Assembly: GCA_958009085.1 (NCBI GenBank)
Contig: OY253673.1
Span: 744,001 to 808,000, forward strand
Origin: Protoeuglena noctilucae
Taxonomy: Eukaryota
Direction: 5' to 3'
DNA length: 64,000 bases
This document shows positions 38,159 to 50,737 of this stretch, in pieces. The notes under the pieces were generated by a model. The model saw nothing but the letters and a program-made list of their open reading frames with translations. It made no database searches and was not told the DNA's origin. Each line of letters opens with the position of its first letter. Position 1 is the stretch's first letter. The position numbers and the translations under genes are program-made.

Positions 38159-39075
38159 ATGTCAGATTCACCAGTGCCGAAGCGGAGGAAGCTGGGGGCC
38201 GCCATCCCGTTGGAAAAGTTCGCGACGGCAAAGAAGTCGGTGCGGGCCGCGCTTTGTCGTCATGCTGGTGTAATCCTGGCTCACAGCGAGGCTCTACAGA
38301 CGAGTTTGAATTGCCTCATGTCCTGACGGACTCTATCGCGCGTTAGTATCGACGCCTTGCGCGTCGCAAACGCAGGGCTTCGACAAGCGCAAGGTTCTGG
38401 AGCGGGAGCGCAAGCTGAACGCGAAGAAGGTCAACAAGTTCCGGAAAATCATGAAGCGCATGAGCGAGTCGGGGGAGACGAGGGCTTTGCGTCCGTGGGA
38501 GCGCGGGGAGGACGCGGCCACCGGCAGCCCGGCAGAAGCCAGCCCCTCCGGCGACGGGGCAAGTCGAGACGCCGGCGGCGGGCCGGGGCGGATGCGGAGG
38601 GATGCGATGAATGACGGGCGCAGCGCCGCGCGGTCCGGTCGCAAGCTGGAGGGCCCTGGAACGTCCGGGAGGGACGAGGGGAAAGGGCAGGGGGCTGCGG
38701 GCGAGCGCGAGGGGACGCGCGGCGGCGCCGGGGCCGGGGCAAGCGGGAAGAAGCGGAGATTCAACGCGCTGGAGGCGGAGGCGAAGCGCGTGGCTGCGGA
38801 GCAAGCGGACCGGGCCGCGGACAACGCGAAGGCGAAAGAGGCGAGGCCGGTTGTGCCGGATGGGTGCTGTTTGGAGCAGCAACCTGCTGTGCCTTGCTGC
38901 CATTTGTCAACTGACATCGCTGTTTGCATCTCCACAGGAAGCGGAACGGGAGCGCAAGGTGAAGGCGCGCCGCAAGTCGAAGAAACTGTTCCACAAGGTC
39001 ACCAGGACAGGGCAGCCCTTGCTGAAGAGCCGGATGGAGGTGCTGCTGGGCAAGATACAGGGCGGGACGGCGTGA
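38159..39075 (+). CDS. rRNA-processing protein, FYV7/CCDC59-like
   Basis: MSDSPVPKRRKLGAAIPLEKFATAKKS-GFDKRKVLERERKLNAKKVNKFRK and C-terminal KKLFHKVTRTGQPLLKSRMEVLLGKIQ, the family signature. Confidence 0.75.
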
Positions 39076-39342
39076 GGGAGCTTGGCAGGTTGCAGAGCCC
39101 TGTCTTACAAGCTTCATTTCATTCTACCCGTCTTGTTGCTTACCCCTGGCCAGCCTTTTCCCTAAGCTGCCATTAGTTATAGCTTGACAGGATTCCCATT
39201 GCTTCGTTCACAGCATGTGCCATGTGCTGTGCATTCCCTTCCCCAATCGCGCATCACATTGCATCTAACGCACTCTGTCTATGGTCATTCCTCTCACATC
39301 GACGCCATCCATGCCGTCCATAGATGGTTCATCCATAGATGG

Positions 39343-42300
39343 TTAAAATGCGAAATCCTTCACTGGCGCTTGGGCGCGGTCCACGGCCGACGCCAGGAGC
39401 CACCGATAGCTGACCACCGGGACACCCTGGGCTGACAGCTCGCCGATGGTGGTCTGGTCCCTGAGAGCGGTGGAACACAGGCGACACTGTCACAAGCACC
39501 ACCAACTAAGGCCTTGGGGAAGGGGTCGATGTCAGCGTGGCGCGTCGCGATTGCCACGACGATGTCACACTTGCTAAGACTGGCTTAGGCAAGGCGACGA
39601 GGCCGAAACAGCGCAGGTCGGTGAGTTATGCGACGTGCCCCGCCGCGGCTCGCCTGGTGCGGAGGTTGTCGGGGTCGCATACCACGACGGCATCAGTGCC
39701 TGCCCCCGGTGCGACCGACAGCACCTCGCCCCCCAGCAGCTCCACGATGGCCTTGACGTTGCGGTTCATGACCGGGCCCGTCTTGAACTCGCCCAGCACG
39801 TACACGCCCCGGCCACGCAGGCACCCCTCGGATGGGCCCTCTCCTGTCCGGGCGCTCTGCAGAGGGCGTACATGCGTACATGCGTAAAGCCGGTTCAGTT
39901 CATCACAAAAGCAGGCGAGGGTATCGAGGCCCACAAATGACCAGAAATTGGTCCAGGGAGGAGACAAAGCAGCACAGCTTGCCGTACTGGTGTGCCAGGG
40001 GTCCCAGCGCACCCCTGCCGTCTGCTCTGCGCCAGCTGCGCTGTTGCATGCACCACACAAACCGCACCTCCGCGGCGCCGAAGCTGCCCTCGGTGTCGCC
40101 TTTGACGAAGAATGCGCTCTCGTCCTGCGGTGCGCCCGCCTTGGACGTAGCCTGGACCCACTCGGGGGTCAGCACCCACGCGCCCGACTGCGGGTGGGAC
40201 CATGTGTCTAACCATGTAAGGTGGTGGCAACGCGTTGATGGACACTGTTGCATGCATCGCTGCGATGAGCACCTCCCTCGCCCAACGTCACCCAAGCGTC
40301 ACCCAGCATGCGACAGTCATCGACACCCCACGCTGTTGCATGCACACACCCACACTCATAGAAGCACGCACCAGCAGTCCCAGCGCGTACTTGGCCGTCC
40401 GCTTGGCTGCCCCCTGCCCGTCCACCCCGCACACCACGTGCGTCACGCCCGCGTCCCACTCATCCACGTAGACGCACCCGAGACGCTTGGCCAGGGCCTC
40501 CAGCGACCCCCGCTCCTTGCCGCTGAGGCCGGACCCCGTGATGCGCCACCCAAGCGACGCCATGCGCCCCCGTGCACCCCCGGCCGCCTTCCCAGCCGCC
40601 TTCTTCCCGCCCTGCCCGCGCCCCGCTCCCTTGGCGCCCTTGCCGCCCTCCGCCCCTTCGCTCCCCGCCTCCTCCAGCCGCGCCAGAAACGTCGCGCCCC
40701 CGTCGCCGTCGGCAATCCCCTCGCTCGCCTGCTCCGGCGTCGCATTGGCCGTACCCCGAGCGCCCTTCGACCCACCCCGGGGCTTCTTGGACGCCCTCGC
40801 CTCCTTGTCGGTCCCCACCCCGCTCGGACCCGCACCCGCACCCCGCTTCGCCCCGCTCTTCGCCCCGCCAGCCCTGCCCGTGGCCACCCCGTCCTCGTCC
40901 CCCTGGTCCGCCCCACCCTTCCGCTTCTTGCCCCCACGGGACTTGGCCCCCACCCCCGTCTCTGCAGCCCCGTCCCTCGTCGACTGAGACGCCGTCAGGA
41001 TCGGATCGATCTGCTCCTCCAGAGCCTTCTGCTTCAGGACCACTTCCTGCAGGGGTTCACGAGCACAGGCGTCAGCGGCAACAGCGACATGGCCATTTGC
41101 AAAAAAGGTGGTGGTGCTGCGTGAACAGGGACGCAATGCTGCCGGTAACCCTAAAGTTTCCACAGACATCACGAGGTGGCAACCCTTGCAAGGAAGCCAC
41201 CTCCTCTTGCCAGTCACATGACCCCCACGCACCTCAGGCGGCTGGTCGGCGCCCCGGGGCACACGGCACACGCGGCATTCCTTGGCCTTGGCCTCGTTCT
41301 CGAAGGTGCAGGCCGAGCAAGCCCACGGAGCGTGGCGCGCGGAACCTCGCCGCTCCGTCGCCGGCGTCGGTGCCGCATCGGCGACCGCGGGTGCGCCACG
41401 GGGTGGCATAGAAGCCCGCTTGGCGGCCCGCCGCGCAGCCGCAGCACCCATGCCCCGCGGTGCAGTTGCTGCCCCCTTCGACTCCGCCCCAGCGTCAGAG
41501 ACCCCCGCTTCCAAGGCGTCAGCAAGTGGCGCCCGCTCGCCGCCCTCATCGCGCTGCGCATGACCCGAGCCCGTGTAGTTGTACGGGTCGCTCTGGCGCT
41601 TCGTGGCATCGCCCTGCGCCTTCTTGCGGCCCGCGGCCTCATCTGCTGCGTTTGGAGGCGCTGCTGAAGGTCTGCCTTTGGCCCCGCCCTTGGCCTGGGT
41701 GCCAGCGCCCTCCTTGGCCGGTGGGGTCGTCAGCTCGATGTCCTCGCCGGGGGTGCAGAGGACCGCAGCGAGCGCCGCGGGGTCCGCCGCGGTTGCCATG
41801 GGCGGCTCTGCTTCGTCGTCGGCCCCTCCAGCCATGTCCATGTCAGGCGGCGGTGCGTCTGCGTCGCCCGCCTCTTGCGGGGCGCCGGGCGAGTTGGAGC
41901 GCCGCAGGGGCAGCGGCCCAAACTTGTCGTGGGAGCTGCGGTGACAGACATATGAGGCGTGCTCAGCTCTCTGTGAAGGGCAGCGTGCGACCTGGGCTGG
42001 GCAACCCACATGCCAGCATGATGAGAGGCGCCGTTGCTTTGCAACCCGTGGCGTGTGCCGCAGCGTCTCACCGGGACGCAGATTTGGCGGACGACGCCAC
42101 GGACTGCCGCTTGCAGCGGATTCCCAGGGTGGCCCCGCGCCTGCCCTGCATGAGGAGCCGCTCGCGCGCCGCGTCCTGCACCAGGTCGTTGCGGGCGCGG
42201 TCGGGGGTGCGTAGCTCCGGGAGCTGGCTGCAGTGCTCCTGATGACCCGTGAGCGCCTCCAACATCGCGTAGTGCTGGGAGATGCGGTGCAGCTTCGCGT

Positions 42301-42740
42301 CGCCCTCCTGGCCCCGGGAGATCCTGCGGGCATCGGGCGACCGGACGTCGGGACGCGAGATGCAAAAGGTTGAGGTGAGAATGCTCAGGCGCGCGCGCGA
42401 GCGCACTTGACGGGCTGCTTGCACGTCGGGCACTCCTTCTTGGCCTTAAGGTGCTGCGTGAGGCATCCCCTGCGCGGGGCGGGAAGAGCGGGCGGCGATA
42501 TCGAAGAGACATGGGTCATGATGATACCAGAGGGCACGCAGGGCCTCAGAAGCGCGCAGGCGCGCCGCTGCGGGGCGGGGCATGCACAGCGTGTGGCGGC
42601 GCTCACGGGCAGAAGTAGTGGCAGCATGGCGTGCGGATGGGCGGCTCCCGGAAGATGGACAGACATATGGGGCACTTAAGCTCGGTTCCCATGTTCTCCA
42701 GGGCCTGTAAGGCCGTGGAGGGCACCTCCAGCGTGGGCAT
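39343..42740 (-). CDS. BRCA1/BARD1-like protein: RING, RanBP2-type zinc finger, two BRCT domains
   Basis: N-terminal LQALENMGTELKCPIC...CLTQHL...ECPTCKQPV RING. WACSACTFENEAKAKECRVC zinc finger. BRCT1 (WDAGVTHVVCG...KRTAKYALGLL-SGAWVLTPEWV) and BRCT2 (VELLGGEV...VPVVSYRWLLAS). Confidence 0.82.
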
Positions 42741-43025
42741 CGCGCCGCAGCGATATCAAGAGGGCTGGGCGGGTCACCCTCAGACGCAGGCACGAAAGAG
42801 CGATACAAAGGCAGCGTATTTGTTGTCGTTGTCCTCCGGTGATCCTTCTTTTGAGCTCTCTGGCGGGTAGGGTTGCGCGTTGAGGGCTTCCCCGTGGCTA
42901 TGAGTCCCCGCTGGCCAAGAAACGCGCGTCAGTTTGTCGGCTTGCGCGCCCCGACTGCCTGCTCAATCCGCGCAGGGCAGCCTGGTCATGCAGCAGGAGT
43001 TCGCGTTCGTCCTCAGCGCTTGAGC

Positions 43026-45213
43026 ATGTCGGAGCGTGCCGATCGCACCGCGGACGCCTCTCCATCTGCTAAGGAGCCCGAGCTCCCAACGTTGCTGGCC
43101 ACGTCTGGCCGGAAGAGGCAAGCTGCAGTGGGACGTGCCCTTTCGCAGAGCCTTTCCGCGTCAATCCAAGCCTCTGCTTGATGCACTGGAAAGCATGTAT
43201 CCAACTGCGCCCTCTCTGTGCGTCCAGGGGCTCCCGGAGCTCATCGCCCAGCACTACCTCCGCACCCGGGCTCGCCATCACCCGGGACGACGAGGAGCTC
43301 CCGGTTCTCGACCCCGTGACCGACTATGAGAAAATTGGGCGTGTCGGAGAGGGCACCTATGGGTGAGGCAGCGGCTGGGATCGATGCCCAGACCGATAAC
43401 GCATGGCCCATCTCTCTTGCGCCAATCCCAGCGTCGAGCCAACCGCAGGGTCGTCTACAAGGCGCGGCATCGCGTGACGGGGGAGGTCGTTGCGCTCAAG
43501 CGCGTGAGGATGGAGCGGGAGAAGGACGGGGTCCCCGTCACGGCCGTCCGGGAGCTCCGTGTGCTACAGAAGTGCCGCCACCCGAACGTCGTCAACCTTT
43601 TACGCGTGCTGACGGGCGCCAAAGCCGACTCTGTGTTCTTCGCTTTCGAGTTCTGGTGAGCGGCGCCGGAGATAGAAGAGCGGCTGTGCATGTGCCTTGG
43701 CCATATCCGCGCTTCCCACGATGACATCGGTCATCTGCCCCAACTGCCCCTTCTCCGCAGCGAGCACGACCTCGCCCGGCTCATCGACTCCCTCCGCACC
43801 CCCTTCACCGTCTCGGAGGTCAAGTGCCTCATGCAGCAGCTCCTCAGGCACGCGACGCGCTCCCACGCCTACCCCTGGCACATGCGCACCTGCTTGACAC
43901 AGCTGCACTGATCCTCTGACACTCCCGTTATACACCTCCGTGGTTCATGCCATGCCGCGCGCCCTTGCCTCCAGAGCTGTGGCCTTCCTGCACGGCCGGT
44001 GGGTGGTGCACCGTGACATCAAGCTCTCCAACCTCCTCCTGACCAACACGGGGGAGCTCAAGCTGTGCGACTTCGGCCTGGCGCGCTACTTCCGAGCGTA
44101 CCAAGTGGCCTACACACCTGGAGTGGTCACGCTGTGGTATCGCGCGCCAGAGGTGAGGCCCACCGTCACTACTCTAGCCTGAGGTCTCTGCCACACCTAA
44201 GGGCCTGTGTTGGGGCTTGCCAAATATGCACGGCCAAACCTCTCTCCTTGCACCTCTCCTTGCAGATTCTGTTGGGCGACGACAGCTACACGGAGGCCAT
44301 CGACATGTGGGCCGTGGGGTGCGTGCTGGGGGAGCTGCTGCAAGGCTCGCCGCTCTTCCCGGGGCAAACAGAGCAAGAGACCGTGTCTCGCATCGTGGCA
44401 CTGCTGGGGCACCCCACTGAGGTGAGAGCGCGGAAGACAGTGTGGGAGATGGTGCGGGAGGGGTAAACAGGGCTGCGGTCATGGGCGAGTGCGGGAGAGA
44501 GTGCGTGATGGACAGAGCGATCGAGGTTGGGAGACGGGGTGTGACGCATTTGCAGTGCTTGGGCAGCCAGCCCGGGTGACCAATAGCTGGCGGCAGGTTG
44601 TGCCGGCAGCGACTAGACCCTGGGCGGACCTCGTTGCTCCCCGCAGGCCATCTGGCCGGGCATGTCGTCCCTGCGCCACATCAACAACTTCCGCATGCCC
44701 CGGCAGCCCTACAACTACCTGGCCCGGACGTTCCGGGACCTCAGTGAGACGGGGATCGACCTTTTGGGGCAGCTACTGCTGTACGATCCGGAGAAGCGCA
44801 TCAACGCGAGGGAGGCCCTCAAGCACCCGTGGTTCACGGAGCACCCTCTCCCGAAGGCCACGCACATGATGCCCACCTTCCCGTCCACCCAGGCGAGGAG
44901 GCATGGGTGCTTAAGGCGTCAGGTTGTGCGGCATGGGTGTATGAGGCATGGACCCAGGGATGGGTGTCGTACCTAGTATCTTGCATGCATGGTACAGTCA
45001 GAGGGTGGATGATGCCTGTTGATGCTGGCGGGTGTCTGGCGTTTGCAGGCGAAGGAGGCGGAGCGCAACAAGCGCGAGGGGCAGCAGGGCCAGGGTGCGG
45101 CGGGCGGGGGCGCGTTTGGACGCGGGGGGGCGGGCGCGTATGGTGACGGGGCTGGCGGCAAGGGTGGCGTGTCCAAGGGGGGCATTGCGCTCGGCAAACG
45201 GCCCCGGCCCTAA
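43026..45213 (+). CDS. Cyclin-dependent kinase, CDK10/CDK11 (CDKG-like) family
   Basis: GEGTYG-VVYKA, cyclin helix [40 protein letters not shown] and DMWAVGC. Confidence 0.92.
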
Positions 45214-45466
45214 GCGGTATGGCTGGCTCTGGTTTCATTATGAATGAGTCCGCTTTCATGGGGACTTAGGCGCCCTGCCAGCACTGATGAGAGGTGCTAG
45301 GCCCACTACGGCAAGCCCCGTGCAGAGTGCACCGGCTGGCCTTTGCACACGATCAGCCCTTTTGTTGAAACATCCGCGCCGGTCCGGCTAACCCAGTCTG
45401 CCGCACCACACCGCGACGGCCGCCAACTGTGGGACTCGCCAGTCTGGCATGTGTCAGTGTCCAGCG

Positions 45467-47749
45467 TCAGTGGTCGTGCTTGGGCATTTCCCGGCGCATG
45501 TACGTCTTCCACCCCTCCTCGCGCGCCTTTCGGTCGTTGCGCTGCCTCTCCTCCAGATCCGCCTTCCACCTGCAATGGAGCAGAACACCAGCGCGAGGCA
45601 TCGGACAACGGTGGGTGTGCTGAGCATCGGGCACCGGCGGGCATGCAGGGTGGGTCGGCCGCACATCGCACATCAACACCACCCCGCTCACTTCTGGCTG
45701 CCGGCCTTGTTGTCCTTCCGCAGGAAATCGAGGTCTTCCCGGAAACGCGAGTCGCTCGGCAGCGCCGCGTCCTTGGCCACTAAGAGGGCAGAGGAGACAC
45801 GGGCAGCGTCGCGATGCACCGCAGTCTTCAGTGTCGCGCCGCAGGGTCGCCAGGCCATGGGATCCCACAAGCGGTCGGTCGCACAAAGCAGCCGGAAGCA
45901 GCCGGGGCATGCGACAAAGCAGCAGTGAAAACGGCAACGTACCACCAAACTGCCCCAGCCACCACACTCGCCTTCCTTCCACCCCTTCCACCCGCCCGTC
46001 ACTGCCTCGTTCTCTTCATGGAGCGTCCAGTACCGCACCCCGTCGAAGTCCGCGTGGCTCAGCCAGTTGCCAGAAACGACGCTGTAGATGCCGTCGCCCT
46101 TGGGACGGTGGCCCTTGCGGAAGCTCTTGCTCTTCTGCGACCAAGCGAGGGGGCGACCGTTTGTGCGACCACCAGTCCGCAACTCGCCTCGCCCCGTGGG
46201 CGTTACATCGACACCCTCAGGTCGACAAGCAGGCAGGGAGCAGGCAAGAGCCATGCCAGGGCATGCGCAGAGTACATGCAGCAGTATTGATAGCCCAAAG
46301 CAAACGCCAGGGCTTGCAATGCACCTTGAGCATGGCCCCGTCGTCCCTGCCCCTGAACCACCCCTTGCTGCGCCCCGTCTGCACCCCCTTGTCCGTAATG
46401 CCTCCCCACAGGGCGTCCTCCCGAGCGAGGAGGTGGTCGTCGTCGCCCTGCGTGCCAACAGCCGCGCCCGGGGTCACGCGGTCATCACCACCGCTGTCGT
46501 CACCGCCGCCGCCCTGCCCGAGGCAGTGCAAGAACAAGCCACCGTCGGGTGTCGCACAACCGCGCGTGAGGCAAGACGACTCGCCTTGACGGGTGCGAAG
46601 TGGATGACGCCCTCCAGGTTGTTCTCGTTGTCGATGAAGCTCATCTCGCCCTTGAGGAGGCCCTGGGGCGTGCCCCGGATCACGTTGTTGATCACGTACG
46701 AGGGGAAGTGCAGCTCGATGCAGCCCTTGTCCCGGGGGAACTCGATGCGACGGAAACCCGAGGGAATCGTGGTGAGGGAATTCCACTTGAACGACACCTG
46801 AGGCGCCATGGGCGGGGAGGGTGAGTCACGGTGGGGCCGGGGCGGGGCACGGTGGGGTCGGGGCAGGCCAGGCAGGCCATGCTGTGCCGCGTATGGCGGG
46901 CGGATGGCAGGGGAGGGCGCCGCACATGGCGAGCGGCGGCAGAGTGGGAGTGCTCCGCAGCTCGTATACATGCTCGCCTGGGGGTTGGACGTGCCCACAA
47001 ACCGCCAGGAGGGTCCCTTGGACTCCTTGCTGTCTTTGGCCTCCATGTACCACGCGGAGACGGGCGGGTGGTGGGAGATCTGCTCGAGGAAGACCGTGGA
47101 GCCGTCCGACAGCTCGCCCTGCCACGTCTCGCCGAGGATCGGGTTGAACGGCTTGGCCCAGGTTGCGAAGACGTGCTGCATGCCCGCGATGAAGAAGGTC
47201 ATGACCCACTTCATGCGCTCCACGGGGTCCGCGGACTGCGAGCGTGGCAGGGGGGGAGGGTCAAGGGTTGAGCACCGCGGGACTTGGAAGCTGTGCGTCC
47301 GCGCAGGCACGCGCAACGCCGCCCGCGGCTGCGCCAGTGCGCTCCTCACCGCTGCAGCTGCCTTGTCGAGCATGGCGGGGTAGATCCAGGGGTCGGTCAG
47401 CTTCTGGAGGTAGCTTCGGGCCTCGAAAAAGGTCACGGGCATCGACACGTTGATGAGGTTGACCTGTCCCTTGAGCAGGTGCCTCCCCATCTCCCGAATC
47501 AAGTCCGAGATGGCGCGCCGCTGCCTGCGCGCAGATCGGAGCGCGCGCAGGGGTGCGCTGCAGCTTCGAGCCATCTTGGCAACAGGCGGCCCCCGCGACG
47601 GCCGGCGCTGCCCCGGCCCCCCCTCCCCACCTCTGGACGACCTTGAGGTCCACGCACGTGATGCCCCCGCTGTCATTTGCGTGGTCGTGGAGCAGGGCCT
47701 CCGCGACATCGTAAAAGTAGACCCCGTCGCTGTACGTCGGGGGGCTCAT
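45467..47749 (-). CDS. Oxysterol-binding protein (ORP/OSBP domain)
   Basis: VSMPVTFFEARSYLQKL, KPFNPILGETW, EQISHHPPVSAW and ALPSDSRFREDL. An additional 5' exon is possible (acceptor near 47761). Confidence 0.92.
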
Positions 47750-48562
47750 GATCACCGACCCTGCGCATGCCGGGGAGGGAAGGTCAAGTTGGCGAGGAAC
47801 TGCTGAGCAGGACCATGAACGGCTGGACGCAGGCCCAGGCCCAGACGCAGGCCCACTGCGCCCATCTGTCAACGCTTGGCGCCCGCGCAGGAGATCGAGG
47901 CTCAGAAGAGTGGACAGAATCCGGTAACCACAGCTCCGCTTTACAAACGCGGCTGCTTCGACGGAACAAGAGATGCCCGAGCTTTAGGGGTCTGGGAGTC
48001 TGATGCCGCGCGGAAAGCGGGTTACGGGTTCCAGCGACGCCATCATACTTGCAGGGATAATCTGGTATACGCGGCGGGGGCATTGTCGCGCAGAGGTACG
48101 TGCTGACCGGGTCCCAGGCCCAGCGTGCGTCGAGCGCGAGCTGGATCTCACCTCCTCCCGCGCCGGGCACCTGCCCGGGGGCCCTGCGACACCAAGGATG
48201 AAGAGGGCTATAGAAGAGCGCAGCACTGGGCGGGTTCGCTCGTGTACTGCGGCTGGGTCTGCTGAATGCGTTATTGTCCTGCCTGCCAAACAGTGGAAGC
48301 AAGCAGAGCACGTAAATTGTGTGGTCGAGGGCCTGATGCACTGGATATCTTCCGCAGCGCTCGCACCGCTCGTCTGGCGGGTGAAACCATAATTCTGGCA
48401 CCAAGAAGTCTGAGAAGAAGGCCTTCAGCGTTCCACAGGCGTCTCTGAGAGGGTCATGCATTCCGCAGGGTCTGAATTCTGTCCCTCTCGCATCGCCTGC
48501 CCCCTCACATCGCTTCCCTCCCCACGTGTGCTGCTGTGACCAGTAATGCTTGAGGCCTAGCC

Positions 48563-50601
48563 ATGATGCGCGCCATTTGGAGAGCAAGATGGGTTCTCCC
48601 AGCCCGACAGGGCATGTCACGGCAATGGTGGCGCAGATGGGCGTCTGAGCAAGGCCGTGGACGGGACGCGCGACCCCGCCGCGCGTCCAGGGGATTTGTT
48701 CAGGCCTGCGCCGGTCTGCACTTGAGAGAAATGAAGGAGGAGGGAGGCGTGTACCAGGAAGCGGCAGGTATGGCCGCGTAGGCATCAGAGATGAGCATGC
48801 CACGCCCGCCAAGTTTCGCACAAGCAGTCGTGCAACATTTCCCGCTTTCTATCGCACCCCCAGGCGCCGTCTCCGATTACAGCCGGGCGGGGGAGCGCAT
48901 CACAGTTCACACCGAGCTGCTCCCCGGGCCCAGGGTGAGCCTGCCAGCGGTGGCTGCCTCATGCACTACGTCAGCAGACGCCCACAGACCAGCCAGTCGC
49001 CAGCGTGTGCTGCAGGTGCTCAGGCGTCAGGGCTCCCACCCGCGGGTCACGCTACTGTGCCCAGCGTGCGCGGCCCACTTCACCAAGGCAGCCTCGCTCC
49101 GGCAACACTGCGCGACGTGCTGCCCGGACCTGTTGGCTGGCACGTCCTGGGACCCGGGGGACCCGCAAAGTGCTGCAACTGTCGTCGACGAGGACGCCGG
49201 GAGCGTGGCGTGCCCGGAGGCTCTCGCTGCTATGGCTGCGAGGGAGCGCGCCAACTGGTACGCCGTACTGCACCTGGCGTTCCGGGCGGGGGAGCGAGAC
49301 GCGAACGGCAAATCAAGACAGAGGTGGGAGCTTGGTTTGGTATGGCGCTGCTGTATCCGTGCCTCATGACTTCCCCCAAACCAGCCCCGTGTGCCGTTGC
49401 CGGGATGCAGGACGGAGGCTGAGCTCGCCTCGATGCTGGGCTTGCCCGAGCCGCGCGTGTCGCTCATGCTCAAGTCCGCCATCCGCGCATGGCCCTTGGT
49501 AATGGACAGGGAGCCAGTTGAGGTGCTGTATGAGGTGAGTGCCTTGGGAACCTCTGCCTGCTCACGTCACCCGGTCCTGCCCCTGAGCACGGCAAGCAAG
49601 GCCGGAACATGGTGCTGTTACCCCATCATGACACGCAGGACGAGGACCTGGTGGCGCTGAACAAGCCGCATGGCATCTCGACGGCCCCCCGTAGCCGGCA
49701 CGAGGGCGGCACCCTTTTTGCTCGTGCGTACGGCCACCTGGGCACACCCCCGCTCGTCGTCCACCGCCTCGACATGGACACCTCGGGGCTCGTGGTCTTT
49801 GCCAAGACCAAGAGGGCTGCAGCGGGGCTGGCCATGGAGTTCCGCCAACGCAGGGCTCAGAAGGAGTATTTGGCCATCTGCCAAGGGGCCCACTGGGCAT
49901 CCCGGGTGCGTGCGAGGAGTGGTATCTGCCGCGGGGGAGGCATGCCATGGCACCTCCCTCGACCTGTCGCCGGGGGTGCTGTCTCGGAGCCATGCTGTGG
50001 TTGTAGATGTGCGTATGTTGAGTCACACGAACGTCCCGGCGCTTTCAGGAGGTTGACGTGGACGCGCCGATTGGGTCCCACCCCACGCTTCAGGTGGGGC
50101 GGCGTGTCACGTGGGACGGGGACGGCAAGCCGGCATCGACAGGGGTGCGCGTGCTGTCGACCTCGACGACCGCGGGCCTGCTGACGGAGTCCCATCGCCC
50201 GGGAGAGATCATGGACCCCAAGTGGCTGGCCCCTGACCATGCGGCCGGGGCAGCGCTGGTGCTCTGCTCGCCCCGCACAGGTCAGTGACGGTGGCCGCTT
50301 TGCAAAGCGCTGGCTTGGACATGATCGACTTGTCTCTGCTCAAAGCGCGCGTGTCGCCTGTGCCTCTGCAGGCCGCACGCACCAGATCCGGGTGCACCTG
50401 GCGCACCTGGGCCATCCGATCGTGGGCGACGACCTGTACGGCCTCGTCGGGCCGTCCATCCCGCGACAGGCTCTGCACGCGTACCGCCTCCGAGTGCGGC
50501 ACCCCACGCGAGGCGACGCGCTGGAGCTCACGGCCCCACCCCCGGCTGACATGCTGGCGTGCATGGGGCGCCTGGGTTTGACGCACGACATCGCTTGCTA
50601 A
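48563..50601 (+). CDS. RluA-family RNA pseudouridine synthase, probably organelle-targeted, with extra N-terminal zinc-finger/HTH-like region
   Basis: VLYE-DEDLVALNKPHG, VHRLDMDTSG (catalytic Asp), GRTHQIRVHLAHLGHPIVGDDLYG and RQALHAYRL. Confidence 0.9.
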
Positions 50602-50737
50602 GACTTCAAGCCGAACACACCGCAACACGTGCGGGTACGACGCGGCACATGCCAGCCAACGTCGGCCTGAGATCGCTAGGGAGGGACACCTCGCCCCTCG
50701 TAGCATACAGAGCAACACCCCAGGAGGCGTGGGCGCC

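Noticed and set aside
47784..48821. 345-aa minus-strand ORF between OSBP and RluA
   Set aside because: No recognisable domain, overlaps the RluA 5' end, and is probably promoter/UTR. A small OSBP 5' exon within it cannot be excluded.
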